Below are positions 19,527 to 29,187 of a DNA stretch of 64,000 nt, in pieces (the first letter of the stretch is position 1; the number at the start of each line of letters is the position of its first letter). Source of the stretch: an uncultured delta proteobacterium (GTDB lineage: Bacteria; Desulfobacterota; Desulfobacteria; Desulfobacterales; SpSt-501); assembly GCA_963700055.1 (NCBI GenBank), contig CAVOWH010000023.1, positions 64,201 to 128,200 of the forward strand, in the 5' to 3' direction. Below the pieces are notes generated by a model. The model was given only the letters and a program-made list of their open reading frames with translations, ran no database searches and was not told where the DNA came from. A program made the translations under genes and the position numbers.

Positions 19527-21755
19527 ATGGGAAAACGGTCTGTATTTAAGGGATTATCGCTGTCGGCACTTGGCGCTGCGCTTGTTATTGGGCTTGCGTC
19601 ATGGGCGCTGCCGCAGCTTGTGCAGGCGGTTCAGCCGGCAGAGCAGGCTTATGATCAATATATCGGCCACTTCGGCGCCAATAACGTCAAGCCGCCGTAC
19701 CTCGGGAAAATCAGCGAGAATTACTATGACGGTAACACCGACGATTTGCTGACCGCCGGGCTCGGCAAGACGGGTCTGGCCGCCGGTGCGCCGCTTTTTG
19801 TTGATTCGCTGAAACCCACATCAGCCGAGCTGCGCCGCAACGCCATCCACACCAACTACCGTGCCGTGCTCGACATCACGGCCAAAGGTGGCTACGGGAA
19901 GCTTTACGGCCCCAACCTCACCAATGACGGACAAGACATCCTCGGCGAAGGCAAGATCCCAGGCTGGGAATACATCGCTTACTCGGACGACGGCAGTGGC
20001 CGCAAGAATGTAACGCTGATGGTCCAGGTGCCGGATTCGTTTGACGTCAAGCGACCCTGCATCGTCACGGCGACCTCGTCGGGCTCGCGCGGAATCTACG
20101 GGGCCATCGGCGCCTCGGGCGAGTGGGGGCTCAAGCAGGGCTGCGCCGTTGCTTACACCGACAAGGGCACCGGCAATGGCCTGCACGACCTAAAGGAAAA
20201 CAGTGTCGGACTGATCGACGGCACGCGCACCAAAGCCGTCACGGCCGGCGACGATTCGATCTTCACCGCGGATATCACCGAAGCCGAGCGAGTTGCCTTC
20301 GACAAGGCCACCCCTTATCGCGCGGCTTACAAGCACGCGCACTCGCAGCAGAACCCCGAAAGCGATTGGGGGCAGAACACCCTGCAGGCCATTCGTTTCG
20401 CGTTCTATGTCCTGAACAAAACCTATGGCAAAGAAGGACCGCACGGCAGCACGCGTGTGGTGCTGACTCCGAAGAACACGATCGTCATCGCCTCCGGTAT
20501 CTCGAATGGCGGCACGGGTGGGTTGCAGGCTGCCGAGCAGGACCTGTGGGGCCTGATCGACGGTGTCGCTGTCACCGAGCCCAATGCCCAGCCCACTGAT
20601 ACCCGCAAGCTGAAGATCGTCCAGGGAACTACTCTCCAGCCAACGATCGGAAAGCCACTACTCGACTACTTCACGGTCGCCAACCTTTACCAGCCCTGCG
20701 CGGCGCTGGCCATTCCTCCAGAGGACACGGCAGCCTATGGGGTGATAAATCCGGTGATTATTGCAGGCGGAAGCGAGCGCTGCGCCAGCCTGGCCGAGAA
20801 AAGACTGGTGAGCGGAGCGACGGTTAAGGAGCAGGCACAGAGCGCGCTTTCAAAGCTACGTGGCTATGGCTGGCTGGCGGACAGCAATGCGTTGCAGCTT
20901 TCGCACTACGCGTTTGCGAGCAACGCCATCGCTGTGACGTACAGCAACGCGCATGGCCGGGTGAGCGTGCTCGACAACCTTTGCGGGTACAGCTTTGCCA
21001 ATACCAACCCAGCGGGCGATCCGATCCTGCAGGACGAAGCGTTCGTCAAACGCTCGTTCTCTTTCGGCAACGGCGTGCCGCCCACCTCGGGGCCATTCCC
21101 TCTAACGGGAGCCGTGAACCTGATTTACAACGATGCGGCAAACGGCGGAGGAGTGGGCAAGCGCGACATCCTGGCTTCATCGCCTTCCACCGGCCGACTG
21201 GATTTAGCCTTCGATGGCGCCGTCTGCCACCGCAACCTAATTGAAGGCCAGGATATCACTACCGGCAACCCGCTCTCCAACACAGATGAAGATTACTCGC
21301 AACGGATTCAGGAAGGGCTCGACGAAGTGGTGCTCACAGCCCGCCTGCGCGGCAAGCCGGCGATCATCGTGCACGGCCGGTCGGATACTCTGGTTCCGGT
21401 CAACCACTCCTCGCGCGCCTACTATGGGACGAATCAGCTCGTCGAAGGAGCCGGCCACCGCCGGCTGAGCTACATCGAGGTGACCAATGCCCAGCATTTC
21501 GACGCCTTCCTGGGCTTGCCGGGCTATGATGAGCGTTTCATCCCGCTGCACGTCTATCTGATCCGCGCGCTCAATAAAATGTACGACCATCTGACAAGCG
21601 GGGATGTGCTGCCGCCGAGCCAGGTGGTGCGCACCGTTCCCCGCGGGGCCGGTGCACCGCCGATCGTGGCAGCCAACGTGCCACCGATCGCGGATGACCC
21701 GCTGCCGGGCGACAGGATTCTGTTCAAGAAGCAGACTCTCTACATCCCGGATTAG
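19527..21755 (+). CDS. Secreted D-(-)-3-hydroxybutyrate oligomer hydrolase
   Basis: Signal peptide. Family motifs YDGxxDDLLTAGLGKTGL, ELRRNAIHTNYRA, SSGSRGIYGAIG, KHAHSQQNPE, ISNGG, HGRSDTLVPVNHSSR, VTNAQHFDAF. Confidence 0.88.
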   Translation: MGKRSVFKGLSLSALGAALVIGLASWALPQLVQAVQPAEQAYDQYIGHFGANNVKPPYLGKISENYYDGNTDDLLTAGLGKTGLAAGAPLFVDSLKPTSAELRRNAIHTNYRAVLDITAKGGYGKLYGPNLTNDGQDILGEGKIPGWEYIAYSDDGSGRKNVTLMVQVPDSFDVKRPCIVTATSSGSRGIYGAIGASGEWGLKQGCAVAYTDKGTGNGLHDLKENSVGLIDGTRTKAVTAGDDSIFTADITEAERVAFDKATPYRAAYKHAHSQQNPESDWGQNTLQAIRFAFYVLNKTYGKEGPHGSTRVVLTPKNTIVIASGISNGGTGGLQAAEQDLWGLIDGVAVTEPNAQPTDTRKLKIVQGTTLQPTIGKPLLDYFTVANLYQPCAALAIPPEDTAAYGVINPVIIAGGSERCASLAEKRLVSGATVKEQAQSALSKLRGYGWLADSNALQLSHYAFASNAIAVTYSNAHGRVSVLDNLCGYSFANTNPAGDPILQDEAFVKRSFSFGNGVPPTSGPFPLTGAVNLIYNDAANGGGVGKRDILASSPSTGRLDLAFDGAVCHRNLIEGQDITTGNPLSNTDEDYSQRIQEGLDEVVLTARLRGKPAIIVHGRSDTLVPVNHSSRAYYGTNQLVEGAGHRRLSYIEVTNAQHFDAFLGLPGYDERFIPLHVYLIRALNKMYDHLTSGDVLPPSQVVRTVPRGAGAPPIVAANVPPIADDPLPGDRILFKKQTLYIPD

Positions 21756-21974
21756 CCGCAGGAGGCGCTATTTTCCAAGGAGGTCGATTTCTTTTTATCA
21801 TGGTGGGAGCGGCATCTTGCCGCGATCTCATCGTGGCTGGAGCCTACTTCGCCGAAGTCGCTTTGGCTACGAAGGCCGGAAGCCTCTCCCACCAAAAGCG
21901 AACTTTCTCGCGGATCTAGTGGTACCGAGCACTATGACCCGCTTAGAAGTAGACGACCAATCGGAGGAAAGCGT

Positions 21975-23903
21975 ATGAAGCGCAACAAGCTCGTCACCGC
22001 CGACGTGGCGGTCAACATGGTCCGCGACGGGTGGACATTAGGCGTGGAGGGCTTCGTCGGAAGCGGCACGGCGGACGAACTCTGCCTGGCCATGGAGCAT
22101 CGCTACCTGGAGACGGGCGGCCCCAAGAACCTGACGGTGATCCACTCCTCGGGCCCGGGGGATGCCGGCATGCGCGGGATCAACCGCATGGCCCATCCGG
22201 GCATGTTCAAACGGGTGATTTCGGGGCACTACGGCCTGGTGCCCCAGATCGGCAAACTTGCGCTGGCGAACGATTTCGAGGCCTACAACCTGCCGCAGGG
22301 CATCCTGACCAATTTCTACCGGGCCGTCGCCGCCCGCCGGCCGGGTGTCTTCACCAAGGTGGGCCTGGGCACCTTCGCCGACCCGCGCATCGAGGGTGGC
22401 AAGATCAGCCCCAAGGCCGTGGAAGACATCGTCGAGATCGTCACGATCGGCGGCGAGGAGTGGCTCTTCATGAAGGCCTTTCCGGTGGACTGCGTTTTCA
22501 TCCGCGGGACCACGGCCGACACCCGCGGCAACGTCACCATGGAGCGCGAGGCTTTGATCGTGGATTCGCTCGCCATGGCCATGGCGGCGCGCAACTCCGG
22601 CGGCATCGTGATCGTCCAGGTGGAGCGCGTGGCCAATCCGGAAACCCTCAACCCGCACGCCGTCATCGTACCGGGCATCCTCGTGGACTACGTGGTGATC
22701 GCGCGGCCGGAGCACCATATGCAGACCTTCGGCGGCCAGTTCCGGCCGGAACTGTGCGGCGAGATCCGGGTGCCGCTGACCTCCATGAAGCCGCTGGCCC
22801 TCGACGAGCGCAAGGTCATGGCGCGGCGTGCCAACCTCGAACTCCGGCCGTATGACGTAATCAACCTCGGCATCGGCTACCCCGAGGCGGTGGCGGCGGT
22901 GGCGAACGAGGAGAACATCCTGAGCTACCTCACCATGACCGTGGAGCCCGGGATCATCGGCGGCTTGCCGCTGGGCGGTCTCGACTTCGGTTCCTCCATC
23001 AACCCGGAGGCCGTTGTCAGCATGCCCGACCAGTTCGACTTCTACGACGGCGGGGGACTGGACCTGACCTGTCTCGGCTTTGCCCAGGTGACCGCCGAGG
23101 GCAACGTCAATTCCAGCAAGTTCGGGCCGCGTGTCGCCGGCTGCGGCGGCTTCATCGACATCAGCCAGAACGCCAAGCGGGTGCTCTTCATGGGGACCTT
23201 CACCACCGGCGGGATCCAGCTGGCCGTGGAAGACGGCCGTATGAAGATCCTCTCGGAGGGCAGGATCAAGAAGTTCGTCAAGGGCTGCGACCAGATCACC
23301 TTCTGCTCGCAGTTCGCCGGCCCCCAGGGCCAGGAGGTCTTCTACATCACCGAGCGCTGCGTCTTCAAGCTCAGCGACGGACAGATCGAGCTGATCGAAG
23401 TCGCCCCCGGGATCGACCTCGAAAAAGATATCCTGGCGCACATGGAGTTCCGCCCCGTGATCCGCCAGGTGGCCCCCATGGACCCGCGGCTGTTTGCCGA
23501 GAACTCGATGGGAATTCGCAAGGAGTTCCTCCTGAAGGAGCTGAAAACCCGGGTGCGCTATTCGGCCGACCGGAACCTGTTGCGCTTGAATTTCAACGGG
23601 CTTGAGATCGACAGCACCGAAGACGTCGAGAACATCAAGAAGATCGTCGAGGACGTCTGCACCGCCGCCGGCCGGAAAGTGAACACCGTGGTCAACTACG
23701 ACGCCTTCAAGGTCAGCGACGGCCTTCTCAACGATTACCTTGAGATGGGACAGTACATCATCCAGAAATTCTATCGCAAGGTCGCCCGGCATACCACCAG
23801 CAAGGAGGCCATGGCCAAGTTCACTGAGCAGTTTCAGGAGCGGAGCCTGGCGGTGAATATGTTCGCTTCCGAGGAGGAGGCTGTTAAATTCGTGCTCGAA
23901 TAA
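21975..23903 (+). CDS. Family I CoA-transferase (propionate/acetate CoA-transferase, YdiF/Pct-like) with a C-terminal extension
   Basis: NLPQG, NLGIGYPE, catalytic VEPG, QFDFYDGGGLD, GCGGFIDISQ, YITERCVF. Confidence 0.92.
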   Translation: MKRNKLVTADVAVNMVRDGWTLGVEGFVGSGTADELCLAMEHRYLETGGPKNLTVIHSSGPGDAGMRGINRMAHPGMFKRVISGHYGLVPQIGKLALANDFEAYNLPQGILTNFYRAVAARRPGVFTKVGLGTFADPRIEGGKISPKAVEDIVEIVTIGGEEWLFMKAFPVDCVFIRGTTADTRGNVTMEREALIVDSLAMAMAARNSGGIVIVQVERVANPETLNPHAVIVPGILVDYVVIARPEHHMQTFGGQFRPELCGEIRVPLTSMKPLALDERKVMARRANLELRPYDVINLGIGYPEAVAAVANEENILSYLTMTVEPGIIGGLPLGGLDFGSSINPEAVVSMPDQFDFYDGGGLDLTCLGFAQVTAEGNVNSSKFGPRVAGCGGFIDISQNAKRVLFMGTFTTGGIQLAVEDGRMKILSEGRIKKFVKGCDQITFCSQFAGPQGQEVFYITERCVFKLSDGQIELIEVAPGIDLEKDILAHMEFRPVIRQVAPMDPRLFAENSMGIRKEFLLKELKTRVRYSADRNLLRLNFNGLEIDSTEDVENIKKIVEDVCTAAGRKVNTVVNYDAFKVSDGLLNDYLEMGQYIIQKFYRKVARHTTSKEAMAKFTEQFQERSLAVNMFASEEEAVKFVLE

Positions 23904-23938
23904 AATTCTGCGCGGCCTGAGGGCCGCGCAGAATTTTA
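23901..23938. terminator. Strong hairpin after the CoA-transferase
   Basis: TAAAATTCTGCGCGGCC-tgag-GGCCGCGCAGAATTTTA. Confidence 0.75.
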
Positions 23939-24023
23939 TATTCAATAAAGACAAGGAAAGGACCTGTAAAAAAAAGCGACTTTTTTGCTGCTTGCGATAG
24001 GGGATAACTTTGGGAGGTGAAGC

Positions 24024-25286
24024 ATGAAAAAACGAAGGCTCGGACGCGGGGTGGCCATCGTCGGCGCCGGGATGACGAAGTTCGGCATGTTCAAGGACCG
24101 GGACTCCAAGGATCTGTTCGCGGAGGCCTTCACCGAGATGCTCGCCTCGGTGGACAAGGGAGTCGATCCGGCCGACATCGATGCGCTTTATCTCGGCAAT
24201 TTTTCCAATGACTATTTCACCCGCCAATCCCACTGGGGGCCGATCATCGCCGAGATCATCGGCCATTCCCCGAAGCCGGCCACCCGTACGGAAGGCGCCT
24301 GCGCTTCGAGCGCGCTCGCTTTCCGCGAGGGGGTGTTCGCCATCGCCTCCGGCTTTTATGATTTGGTGCTGGTAGGCGGGGTCGAGGACATGTCCAAGCG
24401 CACCACCGAGGAGGTGGCCGAGGGGCTGGCACTGGCGACGGTTCCCTACGAGGGCCGCGTGGGGTTCACCTTCCCGGGCGTGTTCGGGGCCGCGGCGACC
24501 GCCTATTTCGCCAAGTACGGCGCCAATCGTGAACACCTGATGAACGTCACGATCAAAAGCCATCTCAACGCACCCTTGAATCCAAAGGCCCAGTTCCCAT
24601 TGACGATCCGGGACATGATGCAGGCCAAGATGGAGAGTCTCAAGAAACGAAGCCAACCCCTGCCCGACTGGAAGGACGAGAAGGATTTCCTAAGGGACAC
24701 GGCGGCCAATCCGGCGGTCGCCTGGCCGATCCATCTTTTTGACTGCTGCCCGATTAGCGACGGGGCGAGCTGTCTTCTGCTGGCGGGGGAGGACATCGCC
24801 CGCAACTTCACCGATGATCCCATCCACGTCGTCGGACTGGGCCAGGGCAGCGGCCGCGGCTTCCACGCCAGCGCGGACATGACCTATTTCGAAGCCACCC
24901 GCTACGCGGCTCAGGAGGCCTACGGCATGTCCGAGCTGACGTCCAAGGACATCCAGTTTGCCGAGGTTCACGACTGTTTTTCCATCGCCGAGCTGCTGCA
25001 CATCGAGGACCTCGGCTTCTTCAAGCCGGGCGAGGGATATAAGGCCGTGGCCGATGGGGCGACCCGTCTGGACGGCCCCAAGCCGATCAACACATCCGGC
25101 GGGCTTAAATGCAAGGGGCATCCGGTAGGCGCGACCGGGACCTCCCAGCTCTACGAGGTCTGGACCCAGCTGCGGGGCAAGGCCGGCAAGCGTCAGGTCC
25201 CCATCAAGGATTTGCGCATCGGCGGCGCCCACAACCTGGGGGGCACCGGCGGGACCTGCACGTTCACCATCCTGGAAAGGAGATAG
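24024..25286 (+). CDS. Thiolase-domain protein (SCP-x/archaeal-type acetyl-CoA acyltransferase)
   Basis: EGACASS, CCPISDGA, EVHDCF, KGHPVGATG. Confidence 0.9.
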   Translation: MKKRRLGRGVAIVGAGMTKFGMFKDRDSKDLFAEAFTEMLASVDKGVDPADIDALYLGNFSNDYFTRQSHWGPIIAEIIGHSPKPATRTEGACASSALAFREGVFAIASGFYDLVLVGGVEDMSKRTTEEVAEGLALATVPYEGRVGFTFPGVFGAAATAYFAKYGANREHLMNVTIKSHLNAPLNPKAQFPLTIRDMMQAKMESLKKRSQPLPDWKDEKDFLRDTAANPAVAWPIHLFDCCPISDGASCLLLAGEDIARNFTDDPIHVVGLGQGSGRGFHASADMTYFEATRYAAQEAYGMSELTSKDIQFAEVHDCFSIAELLHIEDLGFFKPGEGYKAVADGATRLDGPKPINTSGGLKCKGHPVGATGTSQLYEVWTQLRGKAGKRQVPIKDLRIGGAHNLGGTGGTCTFTILERR

Positions 25287-25290
25287 GGCC

Positions 25291-25707
25291 ATGGCGGCAA
25301 GACCGTTCAACGATATCGCCTACAATCAATTTTTGAACGAGGAGAAGCTGATGGGTTGCCGCTGCCGGAAATGCGGCGAGCGCTACGTGCCGCCCCGGCC
25401 GCTGTGCGTCAAATGCTTTTCTCAGGAATTGGAATGGGTGGGAATGAAGGGGCGCGGCCGACTGGTGGCCTTCACCTGCATCTCGATTGCCCCGCCCTTC
25501 ATGATGGCCCAGGGCTACGATCGCAAGCATCCCTACATCTCCGGAGTCGTGGAGCTGGACGAGGGCGGCCGGGTGGACGCGCGCATCGAGGGCGTAGACC
25601 CCCTGAAGCCCGAATCAATCCGCATCGGCATGCCCATGAAGGCCGCCTTCATCCACCGCAAGGATGTCGAAGTGCCGGAAACCTACCTGGCTTTCTGGCC
25701 GGTCTGA
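25291..25707 (+). CDS. DUF35 Zn-ribbon/OB-fold thiolase partner
   Basis: CRKCG...PPRPLCVKC followed by an OB-fold; directly after the thiolase. Confidence 0.9.
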   Translation: MAARPFNDIAYNQFLNEEKLMGCRCRKCGERYVPPRPLCVKCFSQELEWVGMKGRGRLVAFTCISIAPPFMMAQGYDRKHPYISGVVELDEGGRVDARIEGVDPLKPESIRIGMPMKAAFIHRKDVEVPETYLAFWPV

Positions 25708-25858
25708 CGGTCCAATGAAGCGTGCAGCCATTAACTGACTCCACATCGCAACATATAAAGCAGGAAAGCAATACCGTTTGCAGTTCTATATGGTCCTTTA
25801 TTTTGAGGGCTTGCTGCGCTATTGTTAAATTGGTATGAATTTTTGCCTGGAGGTTTCC

Positions 25859-26086
25859 ATGAGACAACTAAAGCGTATAACAGTTGACCCCCAGGTCATG
25901 GGCGGAAAACCATGTATACGAGATTTGCGTGTGACGGTTGGCACCATCGTCGGGTTAATTGGAGCCGGCAGAACCACAGAGGATGTTCTCGAAGCCTATC
26001 CCTATTTGGAACGCGAGGACATTCTGGAGGCTATTTCCTACGCTGCATGGCGGGCTGAGGAAATAGAGGTCGCGCTGGCGTTGTGA
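25859..26086 (+). CDS. DUF433 antitoxin
   Basis: RITVDPQVMGGKPCIRDLRVTV...YPYLEREDI. Confidence 0.92.
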   Translation: MRQLKRITVDPQVMGGKPCIRDLRVTVGTIVGLIGAGRTTEDVLEAYPYLEREDILEAISYAAWRAEEIEVALAL

Positions 26087-26451
26087 TCAGGATTATCGTC
26101 GATATGAACCTGCCGCCTCGCTGGGTGCCGGTGCTGAAAGCCGAAGGCTGGGATGCGGTGCATTGGTCCTCAATTGGCACACCGGGAGCGGCCGATGCCG
26201 ATATCATGAAATATGCGAAGCGTGGTGGCTACACAGTCTTGACTCATGATCTTGATTTCGGAGCTATACTTGCTGCCACGGCCGGTAACGCACCCAGCGT
26301 GATACAAGTTCGAACGCAGGATGTTTTTCCGGAAGCTATTGGGCGGCTGGTCACCGCAGCGATCCACCAATTCAAGAACGAGATCGAAAAGGGCGTACTG
26401 ATATCAGTTGATGAAAACCGATCCCGGGCCCGTCTGCTTCCCTTGGAATGA
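26083..26451 (+). CDS. DUF5615 PIN-like toxin
   Basis: IIVDMNLP, AADADI, LTHDLDFG; 4-nt overlap with DUF433. Confidence 0.9.
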   Translation: MIRIIVDMNLPPRWVPVLKAEGWDAVHWSSIGTPGAADADIMKYAKRGGYTVLTHDLDFGAILAATAGNAPSVIQVRTQDVFPEAIGRLVTAAIHQFKNEIEKGVLISVDENRSRARLLPLE

Positions 26452-26607
26452 CAAGGCCCAGCGGTCAAACCAAGCATGCCGACCTATCCAACCAGGGGAC
26501 CAATCTAATTCCCTCCATTCCTTTGCAACGGAATTAAAGCAACAATGCAAGAACGTACCTCCTGATGTTCCATCCCCCATGAAGGAACGATCCCGGACGA
26601 CGCCTGC

Positions 26608-26700
26608 ATATACGATTTCTAAGTTCCGGCCGATGTGACCGACGCGAACGGGCTCATCAGCAATATCGACTACATGTGCTGGATGATCGAGGCTGGTCAC
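26608..26700 (+). pseudogene. Relic of an acyl-CoA thioesterase N-terminus
   Basis: IYDF*VPADVTDANGLISNIDYMCWMIEA resembles the hot-dog motif DxNGHVNNxxYxxW; internal stop. Confidence 0.45.
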
Positions 26701-26782
26701 TGGCCTTCGAGCCGGCCTGATGCGCCGATCCAAGGCTTTAATATAAATCCTTTATTGTTAATTTCCTACCCGATTCCTGACG

Positions 26783-27490
26783 TTATGTCGTCAACAAACG
26801 CCGCTGCTCGACTCTGACATTCACCGAGAACAGACGGATATTCTCTTCAATTCCCCGAAGCTGACTCTCGACTGCTTCAGCCGGAACACCCGTGGGCGCG
26901 TACTCAACATAAAGCACGTGGGAAGTCCCAGGGGAAATCGGCGACCGAGCATCTTGTCCGTAAATGATCGAGCAACAAATTCCCTCCGCATCGCGCATAA
27001 TCATGTCGCCTGACCGAATGGCTTTGGACATGCCATTCATCTGTGTCATCTGTTCGCCTTCGCGAGACACATCCATCACGATCGGCCCGACCAATTTCCG
27101 GCAGTCATGTCCAGCCGTCAGAACCAATGTTTCGAGTTCAGCCATGAAGTTCGCATCAACTGCCGGTGACACCTCCGGAAGATGTTTTCCCTTCAAGACG
27201 ATCGACTCAAGCTGGAGCAATACGTGATAGGTCTTATTGAAGCGTTTGTAATACCGGTTGTATTCGGCCATCACCGGGAGCGTCAGGAAATCCTGCCGGG
27301 TGAAATCTTTGTAGCGTTCCCGCAAGCGTGCTTCGATTTCGCGTTTGCACTCATTCAGCCTGGAAAACGAGCCGGTGTCCTCTAAGCCCGACAGTTCCAA
27401 CAGGCCAATGATTGCTCCAGGGTGCGCTGTTCGCCATTCTACGGTTGCTGAAATCGCAAGCATTTCAAGCTCCAGGCTGCCAAATGACAT
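26783..27490 (-). CDS. B3/B4 (PheT editing-like) domain protein, cassette-borne
   Basis: YNRYYKRF, LPEVSPAVD, GHD, GDMIMRDAEG. Begins 10 nt after an attC R'. Alternative start at MLAISAT. Confidence 0.8.
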   Translation of the reverse strand: MSFGSLELEMLAISATVEWRTAHPGAIIGLLELSGLEDTGSFSRLNECKREIEARLRERYKDFTRQDFLTLPVMAEYNRYYKRFNKTYHVLLQLESIVLKGKHLPEVSPAVDANFMAELETLVLTAGHDCRKLVGPIVMDVSREGEQMTQMNGMSKAIRSGDMIMRDAEGICCSIIYGQDARSPISPGTSHVLYVEYAPTGVPAEAVESQLRGIEENIRLFSVNVRVEQRRLLTT

Positions 27491-27500
27491 CGCAAGAGCC

Positions 27501-27590
27501 GGCTAACGCCTTGTTGAGCCGCGCGGGGCACGGGCACGACAGGAAACGGTGCGCTGTCTCACCGCGTCGGCATCAAACGAGATGTTAGGC
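27501..27590 (-). other. Integron attC site (90 bp)
   Basis: Minus strand GCCTAAC-ATCTCGTTTGATGCCGACGCGG...CCGCGCGGCTCAACAAGGC-GTTAGCC. R'' overlaps the upstream stop. Confidence 0.88.
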
Positions 27591-28361
27591 GTCGTCACGG
27601 TAGTATCTATCAATGGACATCTGCATCATTGTGATGCTGCCAATTGAATGGAGCATCCCGTTGACGAAGTTGAGAAGTGCATCTCCTTCGGTAGCCTGGT
27701 ACTTAGGCGAATCCTCTGCGTATGCTTCCTGCGTCACGTACCAATCAGAATCGAGTACAGCCAAGCCGTGTATGTGCGCCGGAATCTCACGGGCCGCCTC
27801 CCTAAGACTATCCAAAAACTCAGAGAGCGTTTGCCAACCCCTCTGTTCATATGCAAACACGAACGCCCTTGGAGGAACTCCGGAATGATGCTCGGTTTGT
27901 CCAACAACCAGCTTTGTTGGTTGCGCGTCGGATTTGGCAACAGCCCTATACTTTATGTAATAACGATATTCTCCGAGAGCCCGGATTTTGGCTATGTCCT
28001 CACAGATCTTCTTAAGATCGCGCTTCTCAAGTCGCCCCTTTACCTCAACTGTTCCGTAGACCATCTCGACAGGATAAACATGAGAAGCAAGCTCTCTATG
28101 TATCGGCGAATTGTGAAACTCATCGAATAGGACAACATCAGTTTGGCTACTGACTGGTACCGATGGTTCCGAACAAACAACGAAGCCTGAACCAACCGAG
28201 TATTTTTTCGGCAGTATTCGACTCAAGAATTCGCGAAGCCGCTCCTCGTTATTGCGGCCGCGATCACCCGAGTGCGGGAGCACGTCTGTCAGGATGCTGG
28301 ACTGGAGCCTAAATTGCTTTTGAAGCGCGGAATAGTAATTTCTTATGCTTGGAGTCTTCAC
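27585..28361 (-). CDS. DUF6602-like protein (PD-(D/E)xK nuclease-like), cassette-borne
   Basis: HSGDRGRNNE..LREFL..ILP.KYSVGSG, SSQTDVVLFD, PVEMVYGTVEVK. RBS GGGAGG. Confidence 0.75.
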   Translation of the reverse strand: MKTPSIRNYYSALQKQFRLQSSILTDVLPHSGDRGRNNEERLREFLSRILPKKYSVGSGFVVCSEPSVPVSSQTDVVLFDEFHNSPIHRELASHVYPVEMVYGTVEVKGRLEKRDLKKICEDIAKIRALGEYRYYIKYRAVAKSDAQPTKLVVGQTEHHSGVPPRAFVFAYEQRGWQTLSEFLDSLREAAREIPAHIHGLAVLDSDWYVTQEAYAEDSPKYQATEGDALLNFVNGMLHSIGSITMMQMSIDRYYRDDA

Positions 28362-28373
28362 TGTCCTCCCTTA

Positions 28374-28397
28374 GACGCTTAACAAGTGATTCAGTGG
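28374..28397 (-). other. Cassette entry site, candidate attI
   Basis: Minus strand CCACTGAATCACTT-GTTAAGCGTC. GTTAAGCGTC pairs 9/10 with the cassette end GACGCCTAAC. No attC palindrome lies upstream. Confidence 0.55.
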
Positions 28398-28507
28398 TTT
28401 CCGGTGGTCTCCAGGAAGGCAACGAGGTATACGATCCCGGAGGGTCAAACGCTTTCTGCTCAGGAATCGGCATTCAACTCTTACTAGTTCGAATGATTGA
28501 TAATTTA

Positions 28508-28535
28508 ATTATACTATTTGAAAAGATCTTGACAA
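28508..28535 (-). promoter_or_regulatory. Sigma-70-type promoter facing the cassettes (Pc-like)
   Basis: Minus strand TTGTCA-N16-TATAAT. Confidence 0.6.
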
Positions 28536-28696
28536 GCTCTTTCCGATAGCTTGGAAAACCGCTTTCTGGATATCGTGCGGAAGGAATGGGCGGCCTTTAG
28601 CTACCGGATATTTACAATCGGCTTTTTCTCCAGCGTTTGCATTTCAACCTCAAAGAAATTAAACTGCATTAGATATAAACAAGGTTGAGACGACGT

Positions 28697-28921
28697 ATGA
28701 GCACTGTTATTTCCATCCGGATACCCGACGGGCTCGCTGCAAAGCTGGCTGAGATTGCGAAACAGACCAAAAGGCCCGAGTCTTTTCACATCCAAAAAGC
28801 GATCGAATCCTATCTGAGCGAATTGGCTGATCTTCAGGTCGCGCTGGACAGGCTGCATGATGCGAGTGATCCGGTAGTCGCACTCAAGGACATGAGGAAA
28901 TCGATTTCAAAATCCCCCTAG
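28697..28921 (+). CDS. Ribbon-helix-helix antitoxin (RelB/CopG-like); C-terminus altered by an inserted repeat
   Basis: MSTVISIRIPDGL...TKRPESFHIQKAIESYLSELADL. Confidence 0.8.
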   Translation: MSTVISIRIPDGLAAKLAEIAKQTKRPESFHIQKAIESYLSELADLQVALDRLHDASDPVVALKDMRKSISKSP

Positions 28922-29005
28922 CCCCCTTTTGTTAAAGGGGGAAACGGAAGGAATGGCGCCGATTGTTTTCGTTTGTGACAGAATGGCACTGGGCGCCATA
29001 GCCCG

Positions 29006-29184
29006 CTTTTTACGAGTTCGTCAAATTTGATGGGCTCGTAAAAAGTCATCCGGATCGATGACTTCGTAAAGAGGCCAAGATCAAGGCGCGCGAATCGCGT
29101 GTCGTGAGGCGTTCTTGCAGTACGCCGCAGCGGCAACGCGATGAAGCGCAACGCAGAGATTGGACTATTTACGAAGTCATCAAA
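29006..29184. repeat. Cluster of MITE/REP-like elements
   Basis: A 125-bp unit with perfect 14-bp inverted repeats GATGACTTCGTAAA (29057-29070) and TTTACGAAGTCATC (29168-29181). Related ends at 29006-29024 and 29027-29045. Confidence 0.8.
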
Positions 29185-29187
29185 TTT

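Noticed and set aside
22038-24656. 872-aa minus-strand ORF, and similar long ORFs at 2345-3526, 4287-5681, 12536-13726 and 13934-15277
   Set aside because: Antisense shadows of well-supported genes in high-GC sequence; no motifs of their own.
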